This document shows, one piece after another, positions 62,801-64,000 of a stretch of 64,000 nucleotides of DNA (position 1 is the first letter of the stretch; each line of letters starts with the position of its first letter). Source of the DNA: Veleropilina oligotropha (lineage: Eukaryota). A program made the position numbers and the translations under genes. Under the pieces are notes generated by a model. That model was not told the origin of the DNA, made no database searches, and worked only from the letters and a program-made list of their open reading frames with translations. Location of the stretch: NCBI GenBank assembly GCA_048128005.1, contig JBEUKZ010000127.1, positions 124,001-188,000 of the forward strand, in the 5' to 3' direction.

Positions 62801-64000
62801 ATTGGGCTCGGCTATCGCCTCGCCCAATATGAAATTTCCACTGACCCCGGTAAAATCCGTATTCGGTCACTAACAAACTATGTAAGTTATATTCCATGAT
62901 GCTGGGGACACGTGATATGACCTGTTCCATGATGCTGGGGACACGTGATATGACCCGTTCCATGATGCTGGGGACACGTGATATGACCTGTTCCATGATG
63001 CTGGCGACACGTGATATGACCTGTTCCATGATGCTGGGGACACGTGATATGACCTGTTCCATGATGCTGGTGACACGTGATATGACCCGTTCCATGATGC
63101 TGGGGACACGTGATATGACCTGTTCCATGATGCTGGTGACACGTGATATGACCCGTTCCATGATGCTGGGGACACGTGATATGACCTGTTCCATGATGCT
63201 GGGGACACGTGATATGACCCGTTCCATGATGCTGGGGACACGTGATATGACCTGTTCCATGATGCTGGGGACACGTGATATGACCCGTTCCATGATGCTG
63301 GGGACACGTGATATGACCTGTTCCATGATGCTGGCGACACGTGATATGACCTGTTCCATGATGCTGGGGACACGTGATATGACCTGTTCCATGATGCTGG
63401 TGACACGTGATATGACCCGTTCCATGATGCTGGGGACACGTGATATGACCTGTTCCATGATGCTGGTGACACGTGATATGACCCGTTCCATGATGCTGGG
63501 GACACGTGATATGACCTGTTCCATGATGCTGGTGACACGTGATATGACCCGTTCCATGATGCTGGGGACACGTGATATGACCTGTTCCATGATGCTGGTG
63601 ACACATGATATGACCCGTTCCATGATGCTGGGGACACGTGATATGACCCGTTCCATGATGCTGGGGACACGTGATATGACCTGAAGGCTGTTGAAATGAG
63701 ATGCATCCAAACAAATCAAACCAAATCATAAAACGAAGCAGTAATATCAGATGAAGAGACTGTTCAGATTATATTAATGACAATATACTATTTATATTTT
63801 GTAGGTTCTATCTATTTTAACTAGTTTCTTTGTTTCAGGCTGTGTAGATATCTGGGAACCAAAAGTCCTCCGGTCGGGCGCGGGCTGTCACTTTCGTGTG
63901 CCGATAATCAACAATTTGCCGTGGGATATGGTGTCCAATTATCTACCGTCGTCTTCAAGTGTGTATCTCGCTGATAGCAAATGCCACAGCTCAGAACACA
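50429..64000 (+). CDS. MRM3: Mitochondrial rRNA methyltransferase 3 (RNMTL1, SpoU/TrmH family), 3'-truncated by window; join(50429-50802,53738-53979,56449-56607,63839->64000)
   Basis: Spliced protein contains KSRKHREKKGEILLEGRRLIIDALEAG, KLWSDVVTPAGIMGIF, LVCDNVRDPGNMGSLIRTAAAVG (SpoU motif) and GCVDIWEPKVLRSGAGCHFRVPIINNL. The N-terminus is Arg-rich like a mitochondrial presequence. Junctions are phase-consistent GT-AG. Confidence 0.94.
51070..52561. mobile_element. Non-autonomous DNA transposon with CATAG termini and TA flanks
   Basis: TA|CATAGGTAGCAGA ... TCTGCAACCTATG|TA. Confidence 0.6.
53191..53513. mobile_element. MITE with ~30-bp TIRs
   Basis: AGGCCAAAAAAA..TTGGTTCCTGTTACC / GGTAACAGGAACCAAA..TTTTTGGCCT. 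Confidence 0.75.
53738..53979 (+). CDS. MRM3: MRM3 exon 2 (PVINCAKSRKHREKKGEILLEGRRLI...VTPAGIM)
   Basis: Acceptor TTTCCAG|, donor G|GTAAGA. Confidence 0.94.
54167..55422 (-). mobile_element. HINE-like element with ~150-bp core repeats
   Basis: ATCCCCCC..GGGGGATAAAAA end, GACA/GACG microsatellite, about 5 repeats of ACAACAAGGGCAGTAACTCTGTTA, terminal hairpin and CTTGTT on the minus strand. Confidence 0.72.
55681..56136. mobile_element. Non-autonomous TTAA-targeting DNA transposon (Kolobok-like)
   Basis: TTAA|AGAGACTATTGCCCGTAAATGCGCTCTTTC ... GAAAGAGCGCATTTACGGGCAATGGTCTCT|TTAA. Confidence 0.85.
56449..56607 (+). CDS. MRM3: MRM3 exon 3 (GIFNMPK...DNVRDPGNMGSLIRTAAAVGCKRILATK)
   Basis: Acceptor TTTTAG|, donor AAG|GTATGG; SpoU motif 1. 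Confidence 0.95.
57010..57618 (+). mobile_element. HINE-like element with ~3 core repeats
   Basis: TTATGCCCCCACCAATTTATTGGGGG start, GTCC repeat, 3' GGGGGCA subTIR and TGTCCGATGGACA hairpin. Confidence 0.72.
58115..58305 (+). mobile_element. SINE copy related to 4033-4286
   Basis: B box GGGTTCGAAAT; shared CCTCCCGCGATAA..ACATGTCCTGCCTTGAACCT..AAATATACAGGA. Confidence 0.6.
58618..61636. mobile_element. Foldback-like structure with ~0.9-kb inverted arms
   Basis: 58618-~59850 (minus the Helitron) is the reverse complement of ~60730-61636; ends GTACCCTCAAAACATCGAT / ATCGATGTTTTGAGGGTAC. Confidence 0.8.
59324..59619 (+). mobile_element. Short non-autonomous Helitron
   Basis: 5' TC in a TA run, (GTCT)n, 3' hairpin CCCGGCGAAGACGGG then CTAG|T; absent from the opposite foldback arm. 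Confidence 0.85.
62750..62879. repeat. Perfect palindrome, 58-bp arms and 14-nt loop
   Basis: AGTTTGTTAGTGACCGAATACGG...ATTGGGC tcggctatcgcctc GCCCAAT...CCGTATTCGGTCACTAACAAACT. Confidence 0.95.
62893..63682. repeat. 33-bp minisatellite (~24 copies; two more units at ~62248-62315)
   Basis: Unit TTCCATGATGCTGG(G/T/C)GACACGTGATATGACC(T/C)G. Confidence 0.97.
63839..64000 (+). CDS. MRM3: MRM3 exon 4, partial (GCVDIWEPKVLRSGAGCHFRVPIINNLPWDMVSNYLP...)
   Basis: Acceptor TTTCAG|; open frame to window end. Confidence 0.93.

Noticed and set aside
62676..63729. 260-350 aa repetitive ORFs on both strands, including a His/Cys-rich one
   Set aside because: The 33-bp unit is a multiple of 3 and stop-free in several frames; it lies in MRM3 intron 3 with no gene signals.

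Overview
Eukaryotic, AT-rich, repeat-dense animal genomic DNA, probably from a marine invertebrate such as a lophotrochozoan (inferred from repeat types). It holds two host genes head-to-head with start codons 398 bp apart. GLOD4 (minus strand) is complete: 10 coding exons, 295 aa, 17390-50030. MRM3/RNMTL1 (plus strand, SpoU-type mitochondrial rRNA methyltransferase) starts at 50429 and is cut off in exon 4 by the window end. Two near-full-length ~7.4 kb DIRS1-type tyrosine-recombinase retrotransposons (Gag, RT, RNase H, adenine-MTase, YR; ITRs plus ICR) sit in GLOD4 introns 5 and 3. Both are in sense orientation, 61 and 73 bp from a host splice acceptor, and carry outward-facing GTAAGT donors at their ends. 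The rest is Helentron/HINE-like elements (one expanded into a ~6.6 kb 158-bp satellite), Helitrons, a Penelope remnant with a hammerhead-like core, L2/RTE LINE fragments, tRNA-derived SINEs, MITEs, long palindromes, a foldback structure and minisatellites. One minisatellite is built from the GLOD4 exon-5 splice donor.
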